Shown one piece after another: positions 37,879-50,544 of a stretch of DNA of 64,000 bases. The notes below the pieces were generated by a model that did no database searches, was not told the DNA's origin, and saw only the letters and a list, made by a program, of their open reading frames with translations. Source of the DNA: Azolla caroliniana (taxonomy: Eukaryota > Plantae > Polypodiophyta); contig JBHGNT010000009.1 in assembly GCA_043228905.1 (NCBI GenBank), forward strand, positions 21,328,001 through 21,392,000. Reading direction: 5' to 3'. The stretch's first letter is position 1. The number at the start of each line of letters is the position of its first letter. Both the position numbers and the translations under genes were made by a program.

Positions 37879-40800
37879 TGTAAAGAATATGTGCGGAAGC
37901 AATAGAAAACCGAACACTAAAGATACGCATGTTTAATGGAGAGCTTGAATATACACAGTATGCGGGAGAGACAGATAGAACACACAGAAACTCAATTCAA
38001 AATAATGCTAAATTTGTACATAGGATGTGCTTAGTGAGCACTTTTATACAAGTACATACGGACTGACAGAAGTACTAACACGTACTTCAATGCTCATAAG
38101 TGAGCTCTACACTAACTCTCAAAATGTATTCCTACGCGGAATATCTTCCCAATGGCCTTGCGGTTTACGCACCGCTACGGCTTCTCGTTGCGTACCGGTC
38201 TGCGCACCGGTTTACGCACCCAGTTTTCGCACCGGTCCGGCCTAACCAATCGGTCCCAACCGATCCGGTTCTCGGCTTGCACAATCGATCCGGCCAATGC
38301 TGAGCTTGTATCTCAACACTCCCCCTCAAGCTCAACTTGAGGTTCCATCTACTCTTCCGGATTTGCGCTCCGGTTCCTTTTGGCTTCACGCCTCGCTCGC
38401 ACTCCTCAACCTGTTCGATTCCGCGCACCTCGACCCTTCCGGTTGGCTTGTCTGCTCACACGGCCCTTCTCAGCTTCCTTGTTGTTGCGGTGTTGGCGCC
38501 TCTTCTGCTGCCTTCTCTTCCGCTTGGCCCTTGGTTGATTCAGCATATCCGAATCAAACATCTGAACCGACTTGGCTTCCTCCGATCGGTTTTCGCTCTC
38601 GTCCGAGTTGGTTGTCTCCAACTCGTCTTCAGTCTTCTCGTCCTTAGTTGGCTTCGGTTCTTTCTTTTGATTGCTCCCCTTATGTCCACTTTCGGAATCT
38701 TCCGCGGGTCCGCCCTCGGCTTCTTCAGCCAATCCGAAATCAAATTCGTCATCCGACTCGGCGTTGCGGTCTTCCGAAACTTCTCTCCCCCTTTCGTGGT
38801 CATTCAGGACGTCTCTCCCCCCTCAAGTTCGACACGTCGAGGTGACGCAACCCAAGTGCACCCAAGAATTGCCGCAACTTGTCCAAACCAAGAGGCCTGG
38901 TGAAGATGTCGGCGTTCTGCCGATCCTTCGAAACATAGTAAAGTTCAACTTCACCAGAGAGGACACGCTCACGGACGAAATGGTAGTGCACCTCAATGTG
39001 CTTAGTCCGGGCGTGGAAAACGGGGTTCTTTGCGAGCTGGATGCTGCTGAGGTTGTCGCAGTACATGGTCGTTGGATCAGATACCTCCACCTGCAGATCC
39101 TTAAGTAGCCGCTTCAACCAAATGGCTTCGCAGGTCACGACAGCCGCTCCTCTATACTCGGTTTCGGTGCTCGACAGCGCAATTGTCGGTTGCTTCTTGC
39201 TACTCCACGCGATCGCGGCACTCTCGAGAGAGAACATGAAATCGGACGTGGATCGACAATCGTCGGCGTTTCTGACTCAATCAGCATCGATGTAACTGAC
39301 CAACTGCGCGGCAGTATCGGCCCGATATAGTAGCCCCCAGTCCTTAGTGCCACTGACGTATCGGAGTACTCGTTGTGCGCACTGAAGGTGCTCCTTGGTC
39401 GGTCGCGCCATGAACTAACTAATCACCCCGACCGGGTAGCTGAGATCTGGTCGAGTGATGGTCAAGTATATAAGGCTTCCGACGATCTATCAGAACCTCG
39501 TTGGGTCGCATACCTTTTCGAAGTCGGGGAGAAGCTTGATGGTTCTATCCAGAGGAGTTGAGACAGACTTACAGTCTGCCATCCTGAATTTGAAGAGCAT
39601 ACTCAGCACGTAATGTCGTTGGCTAATCAGTATGCCCTCGGGGGTGCGGATCACTTCGATCCCGAGGAAGTAATGAAGGTCCCCCAGATCCTTTATGTCG
39701 AATGATGCCGCAAGCTGGAGCTTTACTCAGTCAATCTCACCTAGGTCGGTGCCGGTGATGACCAAGTCATCAACATAAAGTAAAATGTTGACCGGCCCGA
39801 GTCGACATTTCCGAATGAACAATGAGTCTGATTTGGATATTGCAAAGCCCAACTGACGCAATTGTTGCGTGATCTTCGCGTTCCAAGCACGTGGGGCTTG
39901 CTTTAGTTCGTAAAGGGACTTCTTCAATCGGCACACCGCCGAAGTGTTCATTCCGGAGTGAAATCCGGGGGGTTGTACCATGTACACCTGCTCCTCAAGA
40001 TCACCTTGCAGGAACGCATTCCTCACATCCATTTGAAGTAAGTGCCACCCCTTTGCCACAGCTACCGCGAGCAAAACATGGACGGTCGTCATCTTCGTGA
40101 TCGGCACAAACGTCTCATCGTAGTCGATGTCGTGTTTCTGCGCGTAGCCTTTCGTTACTTACCGGGCCTTGTATCAGTTGGCCGAGCCGTCAGTGTTGTA
40201 CTTGACCTTGTACACCCACCTACATCCGATCGGCTTCACACCTTTTGGTGCGTCAACCAAGTCCCAGGTTTCATTCTCTGCCAATGCGCGCATCTCTTCC
40301 TCCATTGTGGCATGCCAGTTCGTGTCTTTCGCCGCTTCTACATAGCTCTACGGCTCACGCACTTCCGCTACACGCGTCATGTACGCATAGTGATGCACCA
40401 TGTACTCGTTGTAACCGAACTGCACAATAGGGTTCTTCTGGCGGGTAGATCGGCGTAATTGCTCATTAGCCGATGTCGAGGCTTTCTTGGCTGACGCGGA
40501 CTTCGCTCCCGAAGACCCGGCATCACTTCCCTCGGAGTCGGACTCGCATCGATCCGACTCGTTCCTATCCATGCCATGATCCGACACCTTCTTCTTCCCT
40601 ATTTCCTTTCGCGTAAGCCGTCTCCTCGGCTTCCTACGCGGGGAATGCACGGTCGAGTCTCCACTACTCGTCGGCTCTTCATCGGCCTGGTCGAACCGAC
40701 TCAGTCGTCCATTCGGTCCGCTTAACCGAAACGAAAACGGACTCTCTTCGCGGGTCCTGATTTCAGGCTCATCCGGAGGCATCTCGGCCTCGCTGACTTC

Positions 40801-43617
40801 ATCGTCAGAGCTCGGATTGGAGGTGAGGTCTGGAGTTGGAGGCAAGTACCAGGACGTGGACTCGTCAAACACAACGTCACGACTCACCCGCACTTGTTTG
40901 GTGTGTGGGTTATAACACTTATAACCCTTCTGCTCGTCCGAATAGCCGACCAAGATACACTTCTCGGCTTTCGCGTCTAGATTCCTCCGTTTCTCCTTCG
41001 GCACATGCACATACACAATGCTACCGAAAACTCTCAAGTGTCGCAGATTCGGCTTCCTTCCGAAATATAGCTCATGCGCCAACACTTTTTCTCCCATCCG
41101 ATTCTGAATGTACACCGCGGTTCATACCGCCTTTGCCCAATAGAACTTGGGCAAGCTCTTCTCCTCCAGCATTGCCCGTGCCGCTTCTACAATTAACCGG
41201 TTCTTCCTCTCGGCCACGCCGTTTTGTTCCGGCGTGTATCTACAACTGAATTCACACCGAATTCCCTTCTGTTGCAGATAGCCGTTGAATTGACCGGAAA
41301 AGTATTCTTTTCCGCCATCCGACCACCGACACTTGATCTTTTGTCCTGTTTCCATTTCCACGAACCCTTTGAGGTCCCGGAAACAGTCAAAAACTTCACT
41401 CTTCTTCTCGATGAGATAGATTCATGTGTGTCGCGTATAGTCGTCGATGAAGGAGACAAAATATCGACTCCCACCAAGACTAACGTTCTGTGCCGGCCCC
41501 CATACATCGGAATGTATTAAGTCGAGCTTGTTCCGGCTCCGATTACGCTTGTTAGGGAAGGGAAGTCGGTGTTGCTTCCCTAGCTGGCAGGCTTCACAAA
41601 TTTGTGCCTTCCGGCCACTAAATTTGGGCAATCCGAACACCACCTGTTTCGATTGCAGGTCTTGAAGCCGTTGATAGTTGACATGGCCTATCCACTTGTG
41701 CCATAAGTCAATATCCGACTCGACTTTTTGTCCTTTCATGAACATTACGATGCCACCGTCACTAGAGTCGAGGATAAACATCCACCCGTCTCTGCACCCT
41801 TGCGCAATAACTCGGCCTTCTTCCTCAATGAAGCACCCTAGATGCGTGAACCGGACTTGCATCCCCTGGTCGACGATCTGTCCGACCGACACCAAGTTCT
41901 TCGTGATTGTCGAGATGTGTAACACGTTCATGAGTTTCCCTTTCTACCCGACATGGCTCAGGGGAACTTCACCCGACTTTCGCGATCGGATGTGGGGTGT
42001 GGTCTCTGGTTGCGACTACTCCTGGTTGCATCGGTTTTTCCAGGTACGAGAACCACTCCTTGTGGCACGTCATGTGGTTTGACGCGCCAAAGTCGACGTA
42101 CCACACCTCGTCCGACTTCGGGGTGATCTTCTTCATCGAGTTTGCTTTGTGTCTCGTCACGAAGACTGACCCTTTTTTGGCTCCTTCGGCGTAGTGCGAT
42201 CGTTGCCGATTACCCTTGTCGGTCTGTCCGGAACCTGATTCAGACCCGGTTCTCTCCGAATCGGCGCGCTTTTTCCAGCACTCACTCTCCATGTGGCCTT
42301 TCTTGCCATAGTACTAGCATTCCGTGGTGGATCTTCCTTGCCGGTTCTCATCGCCTCGACTCCCCCTGTTTTCGGAGGGTCTAGAGTTGTTGTCAGCATC
42401 ACTTCGGTGCCTTCTTCCTTGGTCCCGTTGGCCGCCTCCATTGCGCACCGACACGCCTCGTCCACCACGACCACGGGGTCTATCTCCCTCCGTGTACAGC
42501 ATCTTGATGTCGTCATGCGCGCTCGTCGACGCACCCGCGTGGTTCTCCTCTATAAGGAGCATTGACTGTAGGTCGAAAAACGACGGCGTATTCTCCCGTG
42601 TACACACAGCAATTCGGAATGCTCCGAACTTCAACGCCAGTCCCCCGAGACAAATCTGCACCATCTCGCCTTCCTCGATGTTCACATCGATGGAGGCTAA
42701 AGAGTCACATATATCTTTGATCTTTGAGGTGTAATCAGCCACCGACAAGTCTCGTTGTCATAGGTTGCTCAGCTCCTGTCGGAGTTGAAGCTTCCTGGCT
42801 GTAGTGCTTGCAGCGAAAATCTTCTTAAGATTTCCCCAAGCATCCTTCATCGTTTTCGCATCCCGAATGTAGCTTAGGAGTTTTTCGCCCACACAAGACA
42901 CGAAGTCGTACAGTACTCTGCTCGCCGATTGTTCCCACACCGGGAAATCTCTATGTGTCGATTCAGGTGCTGTGTCATTTGCTTCGTCGACATAGCTCCA
43001 GTAACCGTGCCCGAGCAGGTACTGGTGCATCTTGTAGGACCAAGATGCTTAGTTGTTTCTGTCAAGCTTCTCCGTCGGAAGCGAGCCAGCCATGCCTCTA
43101 TCCATCGGTTTTACCTATTCTTCTTGGTTGGTTTTTCTTTTCAAGTTATGTCGGATGCAGAGGTTCTCAACCCTCGCGCTCTGATACCATGTAAAGAATA
43201 TGTGCGGAAGCAATAGAAAACCGAACACTAAAGATACGCAGGTTTAATGGAGAGCTTGAATATACACAGCACGTGGGAGAGACAGATAGAACACACAGAA
43301 ACTCAATTCAAAATAATGTTAAATCTGTACATAGGATGTGCTCAGTGAGCACTTTTATACAAGTCCATACGGACTGACAAAAGTACTGACACGTACTTCA
43401 ATGCTCATAAGTGAGCTCTACACTAACTCCCAAAATGTATTCCTACATGGAATATCTTCTCAACGGTCTCACGGTTTACGCAACGCTACGGCTTCTCGTT
43501 GCGTATCGGTTTACGCACCCAGTTTTCACACCAGTCCGACCTAACCGATCAGTCCCAACCGATCCGGTTCTCGGCTTGCACAGCCGATCCGGCCAATGTT
43601 GAGCTTATATCTCAACA
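37879..43617 (-). mobile_element. Complete but degenerate Ty1/Copia 'Copia-C' inserted in the Copia-B 5' LTR
   Basis: LTRs 37879-38318 and 43190-43617 (roughly 7% diverged by eye); TSD AGGCA; PBS-Met 43178-43189; PPT 38319-38330; gag-PR-INT-RT-RH with many stops. Confidence 0.95.
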
Positions 43618-46139
43618 AGGCACGATGGCCCTTTATTCCCAACACCCCCTTCAAAGGTACGGGAGACCTGTTTATAAGGTAGACAGCCATCAACATTGCC
43701 TCAGCCCAATACGACTTTGGCAATTTTGTATGTGCCAACATGCGTCTTACCCTTTCCATTATGGTCCTATTCATTCTCTCCCAAACCATTGAGCTCAGGT
43801 GTCTTTATAACCATATACTCAAATTTGTTGCCTTGAGACTTGCAATACATCTCAAATTGGCCTCTATACTCACCACCATTATCTATCCAGATAGCATTGA
43901 ACTTTTGTCCAGATTCTCTTGTTGGCTTTGCATGAAACTCTTTAAAGACCGACAACACTTGGTCTTTAGACACCAACACAAAAGCCCACACATTTCTACT
44001 CAAATCATCGAAGAATTATCCACCACGGTGTGATGGGGCATCCACATAACACACATCTGTGTGAACCAGTTCTAGGGCATGCTCTCTTCTCATCGGAGGC
44101 CTGGAGTGAAAGATTGTTCTATTCTGCTTTCCAGCCAAGCAGTCCACACACTTTTCAAGGTGTATCCCTTTCACTTCTGGTAGGAAATCCTTTTCAGCAA
44201 GGATATGCATTCCCCTTTCGCTCATGTGCCCGAGCCTTTTATGCCACAACTCACCATTTGAGTCCCCCACAACATTTGCTTCATCTCGGCACATCACAGT
44301 GTGTTCTGTTTTTGAGCTCGAGCCACAATCAAACTCCCTTTACAGAACTTCCATGTACCATTACGAAAACCACATTGTAGCCTTCGTCGTCTAGCCGTCC
44401 ATCCAATATCAGATTCAATCTGACATCCAGAACATGGTAAACATCCCTCAACATTAACCTACAGCCAGTAGATGTTAGCAAACACACGTTTCCTATGCCC
44501 ACAATCTTGCATTCACCGTCATTTCCCATCCTTACGTAGCCATAGTCACCAGCTATGTAAGATGAGAAACATTCTCTTTTAGGGGTTAAGTGGAATGATG
44601 CACCGAAATCCACTACCCATGAGCACTCAGCATTTGCAAGATTCATACTAGCTTGTTCACAGATAAATAACATCTCTTCCTAACTAGTTGCAATGGCTGA
44701 GGTGTTTTTATCATTGGAAACTTTTCTAGGTTTGACCTTGTCAGTCATACCTTTGTCCTTTCTAAGGTGTCGACCATTCTTTTGGAAGTGGTCACCTTCC
44801 CACAATAGAAGCATGTAGGTCTTCCTCTAGATTTCGACCTTGCATAAAACCTATCTCCATTTTCGAGACTTCTGTGTTTGCTTCTTCCTCTACTAAGCTC
44901 TTGGGTCACATTAGCTTCTAATTGAGACAAGGCACTTTTATCCTTTCTTCTTGTCTCTTCATTTAAAATACTTGTCTTTACTACTTGTAAAGATAGATTG
45001 TCTTCTTTACATGAGGTATTGAGTGTCACTATTAAGTTTTCCCAACTGTCAGGTAGAGTACATAGTAGTAGTGTGGCTTGCATAGCATCATCTAATGGGA
45101 ACTTCGTTGATGCTAACTGATTCACCAGTCCCATGAGCGTACTAATGTGCTCTACAATGCTCTCCCCATCTACGTACTTTTAGTCTCACTATTTTCCTCA
45201 TTAGGGAAGTTTTATTTAGAGTATTTTTCCTTTCATAAAGTGCAGAGAGTTTATGCCATAACTCGGAGGCATTGGTATCACTTGCTACATGTTGTAGGAT
45301 GCTAATGTCCACACACTGTCTTATAGTTACCACTGCCTTTCTATGTAGAGTTTTCCATTCAGATTCTATTACCCCTCTAGGTATGTCTTCCTTTTCTATA
45401 GGCTCATACAGATCTTTGACTATCAAAAGATCTTCCATTTTGATCTTCCAGTCTGAGTAGTTTTGTGAGTTTAGGACAATCATCCCTAGAAAGCTACTCA
45501 CATTCCCTTCCATCTAGAACCTAGGATCTTATACCAGTTTGAAAGATTTTACTCAGACGTAAACCATAATATACTGAGACACAAACAAAACGAAAAACAA
45601 GGAGCACACGATTTACGTGGAAAAACCTGATTTCAGGGAAAAACTACAGCAAACAGAAATTTCCACTATGAGACAAGAAGAAATACAAACATGGAATGAT
45701 AGAACCTGATTTGGTATGGATGCACTCTCAAGTTGTTATCTAAAACCATAGTTTTAGCCGAGTGCACCAAACCCTAACTCGTAGGTATCTGTCACTTTTG
45801 AAGCTTCCAAAGCTTCTCTGTTCTATCTCTCTTTCTTCTCTATTTCACTCTCGTTCCTTTGTTTCCTCTCACGCTCTGCTTCTGAGCTATGTCACTCGCA
45901 CAACCACTACTGTGTTAGCACTCTATCGTTCTCTGTATCACTCTACTCTTGCAATACGTTCACTTACACCTCACGCGCTCACTTACTTAAGTTCACTTTC
46001 GCACTTTTCTCGTTGTTTTTACTCTTAGTGAGTTATCCCACATACAGACCGAATTCGGGCAGCCGACTCTTGTTTCGGCTTTTCGACCAATTTCGGCCAG
46101 CCGACTCTCGTTTCGGCTTTTCAACCAATTTCGGTCAAC

Positions 46140-49100
46140 CGAGTTCATTGCACCTTGAGGTAAGGTACACATCCGCACGAGCCCGATTGGAGTCCTCATG
46201 GTTGTAATGTCACAACTGTCGATCGCCAATTAGAATTGGTCATATCCGAAGTAGAGATCACCAATGGAGTAGATGGACCGGCCCGCAAACGCCTCGGCAA
46301 ATTCGTCCACGCTCGGACCGATTCCAGCATTTCGAATTGTCACCTTGTTGACGGGTTGAAGATCTTGGATGAATCACAATGATCCATTCTTCTTCGGCAC
46401 CGTGAACCACCTATTAGAGTAAGGAGCATTCGACGGTTCTAGAATACCCATATTCACTTTCTCCTTTAAGAGCTCGATTAGCTTCAGAAGGTGCGCTCTT
46501 GGAACTAGTATCGGTTTCAAATTCCAAGGTACGTGTGGCACCATGAAGATCACCATCGGCTCTATCGTCCTTGGATCAGCACATCCGATTTCTTGTGGGA
46601 AAAATGCGAAAGCCTTCCCATGTCACGAAACATTCGCTCTTCTTCAGGGGAGAGGAAATCCTCCCTTCCAACTCGCAACTTTCCCTTCGTCTCTTCGGTG
46701 AAGATATGACCTATCGTCTTCAAATCTCTTAAGCTTGGATCGTTAGTGACTTCCTTCATCTTTTGCCAGCTATCTTCCAGTAGCGAAACCGCAACTGGCT
46801 TGATCTTCTTATCCACCATTTTATATTTTGTGTTGACTTCAGCTTCCTCCATCAAGATGCCACGAGAGTATTCATCGATGATAGCGTACATGTTGACGGA
46901 GTTAACCGAAATCACGCGTTGGTCGTGAAGATAGCTCAAGTCCACGACGTCCTCAATTTCGCCGATGGTATCGTTAAATGAGGCTTCTTCCATAATATGA
47001 GTCACGAACTCTTCTTCTTCTATTATGTTTTCTTCTTTCAACATCTTCTCGAATTCGTGTATCCGACGCTTGTCCTTCTTGTCGGGTAGTACTAGTTTAC
47101 ATGTGCCACTAGGTGTGACACATGTTGCTTCTCCTCGCAATCCACGCGCTCTTCTTTCTTGTGGGAACTTCTGATCACTCGGACTATTTGTGCCCCATGC
47201 TTCCATAGTCCACTCTAAAAATCCGAGGATTCGCCTCCAAGACTATCTCGATTCCTTTCATGATTAGCTCGCACCATTAGGAATTGAACAAATCTTTGGT
47301 TGTCAAGACTCTTTATTCGAGCAAATGCCGCACCATTGTCGAACACTTTGGTTTCCATCCGAGATTATGTGATATACGGTTGTCCTAGGATGATAGGATG
47401 CGATGCCGATTATTGCACAAAGACATGTTGATCCATCTCCATATCCCCGATCGCGACGTTAACATTGGGACAAGCTACGTACAAGTCCTCTGTAGTCTTT
47501 ATTGCCGCACGAATCTTCCATCCGTGATTTGTATTGATTGGCCATCTTCCTTTTTTGTAGAAGTCGGTTGCCATGCGGTTGATCTCCGAGCCGTGGTCGA
47601 TCAAGGCTACCACGATCTCTTTCTTCTCCCCGATCTTCATTGGCGTCTCTGTTGTCGCTCGTGCCCAATGAGGTTGAGTATAGTGGTTGTCCACCATTTC
47701 GTCATCGACTTCGTCTCTTGCCATCGTTATGGCATTTGCTTTCGCTTTTAGGGGCTTCTCTTCTTCTTCGTCCGATTGTTGCCTTTTTCGCTTTACAAGG
47801 TCCACGATCGTGTCGTGGAACTCCTTCTTTGTAATGCCGAGTAGTTCCCTCAAGGACAAGGTCATGTGGTTGTCAAGAACGCGTTCCTCGAGAATCTTCT
47901 TTAGGTCTGTCGTCTGCTCTATGTCCGACCTTAGCTTATAGGTAGGCATAGTCCTTGTCTTTCGAGCGGGGTCTTCGACACCAATCTTCACGGGCCGAAC
48001 CGTTTCTTCGACTCGTTTGCTCGACTCCACTTTTCGGCTAGCATCTCCTTCCTCCATTTGTAAAGATCGACTCGTTTCTGCATCTTCTTTATTTTTCATG
48101 TTCCTTGTTTCATGTCTTTTTGATGGGCAAGCTCTTCTATTCTTTTTCTCTTTTCTTCGACGAACACCTCGTGGTTGTCGCACATCACTTCCGCGAGTAT
48201 GGTGTTGTCGTCCACCGGATCCGACCACCCGGTTATGCTTTGCACACTTCGGTCTGCAAGCTCTACCTCGTTCGATGTGACCTTCCCCATCTTCTCATAC
48301 TCAAGAACGGAAGACCAAAACTTTGCTCCCACTTTCGCAGCTTCATTTTTGTCCCGACTCTTATTCCGGCCGTTGCAGCATAGTGCATCGCATCCACATG
48401 AGTTACCTCAACATCTTCCATAGATTTCTTCATTCCCCCTCTTCCAAAATTCACCCGTAGGGGTTTTCGAGTTTCAGTCGAGCAGATCATGTTGTCATCT
48501 ATGTATACGATATTTTGTCGGATCGCCTCTCGAAGGCTCGCGCAATCCCTTCTCATGTGGTCCATGCTATCGCACCACGCGCATCTAAAGGGTTCTTTTC
48601 CTTTGGGCCCCCGACGATTCATGTTGGCTAGCGTAACCATCTCGAACTTCTTCACTAGCTCTTCGATGATGTCATCATCAATCTTCTTTTCTTTCGGGTT
48701 GCTTTGTTTGGGCGGCTCAGCTACTTTCGGTTGTCTAGTTTTCTCCGCAACAATCGATCCCGCTAAGTCGATGTCATCGACCCACTGACAACACTTGTCG
48801 AGCCTATTGCATGCTCGCTTCACCGCGACCCAGTCCGCCACAAGCTCGTTCGCTTGGGTATCATCTTCGAGGAGAGTACCCAGTTCTCATCTATCCTTTA
48901 TGTCCACAGCCTTTAGGAAGTACAAAGTTTTGTCCTCCTCAAGTAGCACTTGGTCTGTGGCGGGGAGACGACGAAACATTTGGTCGAATTCGTCGTACAC
49001 CCTCGAAGCGCTCATCTTCTTATTCTTCTTTTCTATTCACTTCATCAAGGCATGTCGAGTCATCCTCGACAAATCTTCCGTCGCGAACTCCGCTAATATC

Positions 49101-50544
49101 GCTTTCTCAAACTCCGACCACATTGTCTCCCCTTCTTGAAGCTCGATGACGCACCTTTGGATGTTGTTGGCGACAACTCTCTTGAAGCTTGTGATTTGAC
49201 GTGCTTCAAACACGTCCCTTTGATTCATCTCCCTTTTGTATGCATCGAGGAACTTCGTAATGTTCCTTCCATCGAATTGACCCTCGAGCTCCACGACACG
49301 GTCGACGGCCTTCTCCACACTCGCATCGTTGTCTCGAGATCTCATCATTTGTTCGACGATCAACATCATCCTTTCGAACTCTCCTGCTTGGTTGCTTGAG
49401 GACGCCATCTCCAAGTATTGGTCTCAACTTGATCCTTCCTACTGCCTCTTTCACGTCGAGTTCACCGCTTAAATATGTCGTGAAGATCCGTCACTACGTG
49501 CGGATCGCGAGGCGGAACTGCCGGGGTTCTAGACCGGAAGGATTCAAAGTTGCACTAGCTTTAGCGAGAAAGAAATTAAGACAGATTGGAAGAGAGAGAG
49601 ATTGAGATAAGATAGAACGCTTGATTTTAGATTAAGAGAGAGCTTAAGATTGGACCCTTGACTTTAGTTTTAAGAAACAAGATACACCATCAATTGGACA
49701 ACGAATTTTTCTTCTTCTTAAATTCGTGAATTACATTCTATTCTTTTACCTTTTCAATTGTTACATTCATTTCCTACCATCTGTCTCTTGGGTCCCACAT
49801 TGGTTCTCAACGCAACTGCCCAAGTCTCTAGTTTTAAGAAACAAGATACACCATCAATTGGAGAACGAATTTTTCTTCTTCTTAAATTCTTGAATTACAT
49901 TCTATTTTTTTACCTTTTCAATTTTTACATTCATTTCCTACCATCTGTCTCTTGGGTCCCACATTGGTTTTCAACGCAACTGCCCAAGTCTCTAGATACC
50001 ACCGTCCATCTCTTGGGTCTCACGTTGGCTTTCTACAACTGCCCAAGTCTCCGCACATAGACACTCCCCTACCATCTGTCTCTTGGGTCCCACGTTGGTT
50101 CTCAACGCAACTGCTCAAGTCTCTAGATGGAGTGTCCTACATGGGTATCACCATCGTCCATCTCTTGGGTCTCATGTTGGCTTTCTACAACTGCCCAAGT
50201 CTTCGAAACATGTGTGCTCCTCACATAGACACAAAGGTAATAGCTTTTGCTCTGCCTTATATATGGTGGGATCTTTATTTGTCCCGTCGATGTGGGATAT
50301 CACATATTTTTCTCTTCTTCTTTGTAAACTTCATACCCACATAACTTGACACTTAGATGTCTATTTCCTACGTAGTAAAGTACATTCAGAAGCTCTTCAA
50401 GACCTCCATCTCTTTGTACCACGATATTAAACTTATTTAAAATAGTATCCTTACTATTATTGTTTTATATTTCGTGAGAAGAACCACACTCGATTTCGTA
50501 TGTTCCTTACAAGTTTCACACTATCGCCGAAAATCTTCAAGACA
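46140..50544 (-). mobile_element. Ty3/Gypsy 'Gypsy-2', relative of Gypsy-1; truncated within RT
   Basis: LTR 49476-50544 (TGTCTTGAAGA...TCTTCACGACA); PBS CGGTGAACTCGACGTGAA; knuckle CAWCDSMDHMRRDC; PR ALIDHGSEIN; pol KYKMVDKKIKPV...LPQGAMNSV. Confidence 0.9.
49665..50203. repeat. Tandem and hairpin repeats within the Gypsy-2 LTR
   Basis: About 165-bp duplication plus five copies of a CTTGGGTC..CA..TTGG...CAACTGC.CAAG unit. Confidence 0.8.

Larger units (their letters stand above)
34104..43644 (-). mobile_element. Ty1/Copia 'Copia-B' inserted in the Copia-A integrase; 3' end deleted
   Basis: 5' LTR 37682-37878 plus 43623-43644; PBS TGGTATCAGAGC (37667-37678); gag 36739-37470, PR ILDSGAS, integrase, RT LYVDDM ending abruptly at FNMEGG. 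Confidence 0.88.
30290..46140 (-). mobile_element. Ty1/Copia 'Copia-A', host of nested insertions; 3' LTR 30290-31785, 5' LTR 45540-46140 (truncated)
   Basis: Matching LTRs (TGAAAGATTTTACTCAGACG at 30290 and 45540); PBS-like TGGTATAAGA; PPT 31786-31800; gag about 44745-45513, PR VDFGAS, integrase 43645-44300, linker 33766-34084, RT LLYVDDM, RNase H 31.8-32.2 kb. Confidence 0.9.

Noticed and set aside
38406-38732. Charged ORF between Copia-C RNase H and the PPT as a possible env-like gene
   Set aside because: Low complexity with no TM segment; probably a frameshifted pol tail or 3' UTR.
49780-50203. CRISPR-like repeat-spacer appearance
   Set aside because: Eukaryotic LTR context, irregular and partly duplicated spacers, no cas genes.
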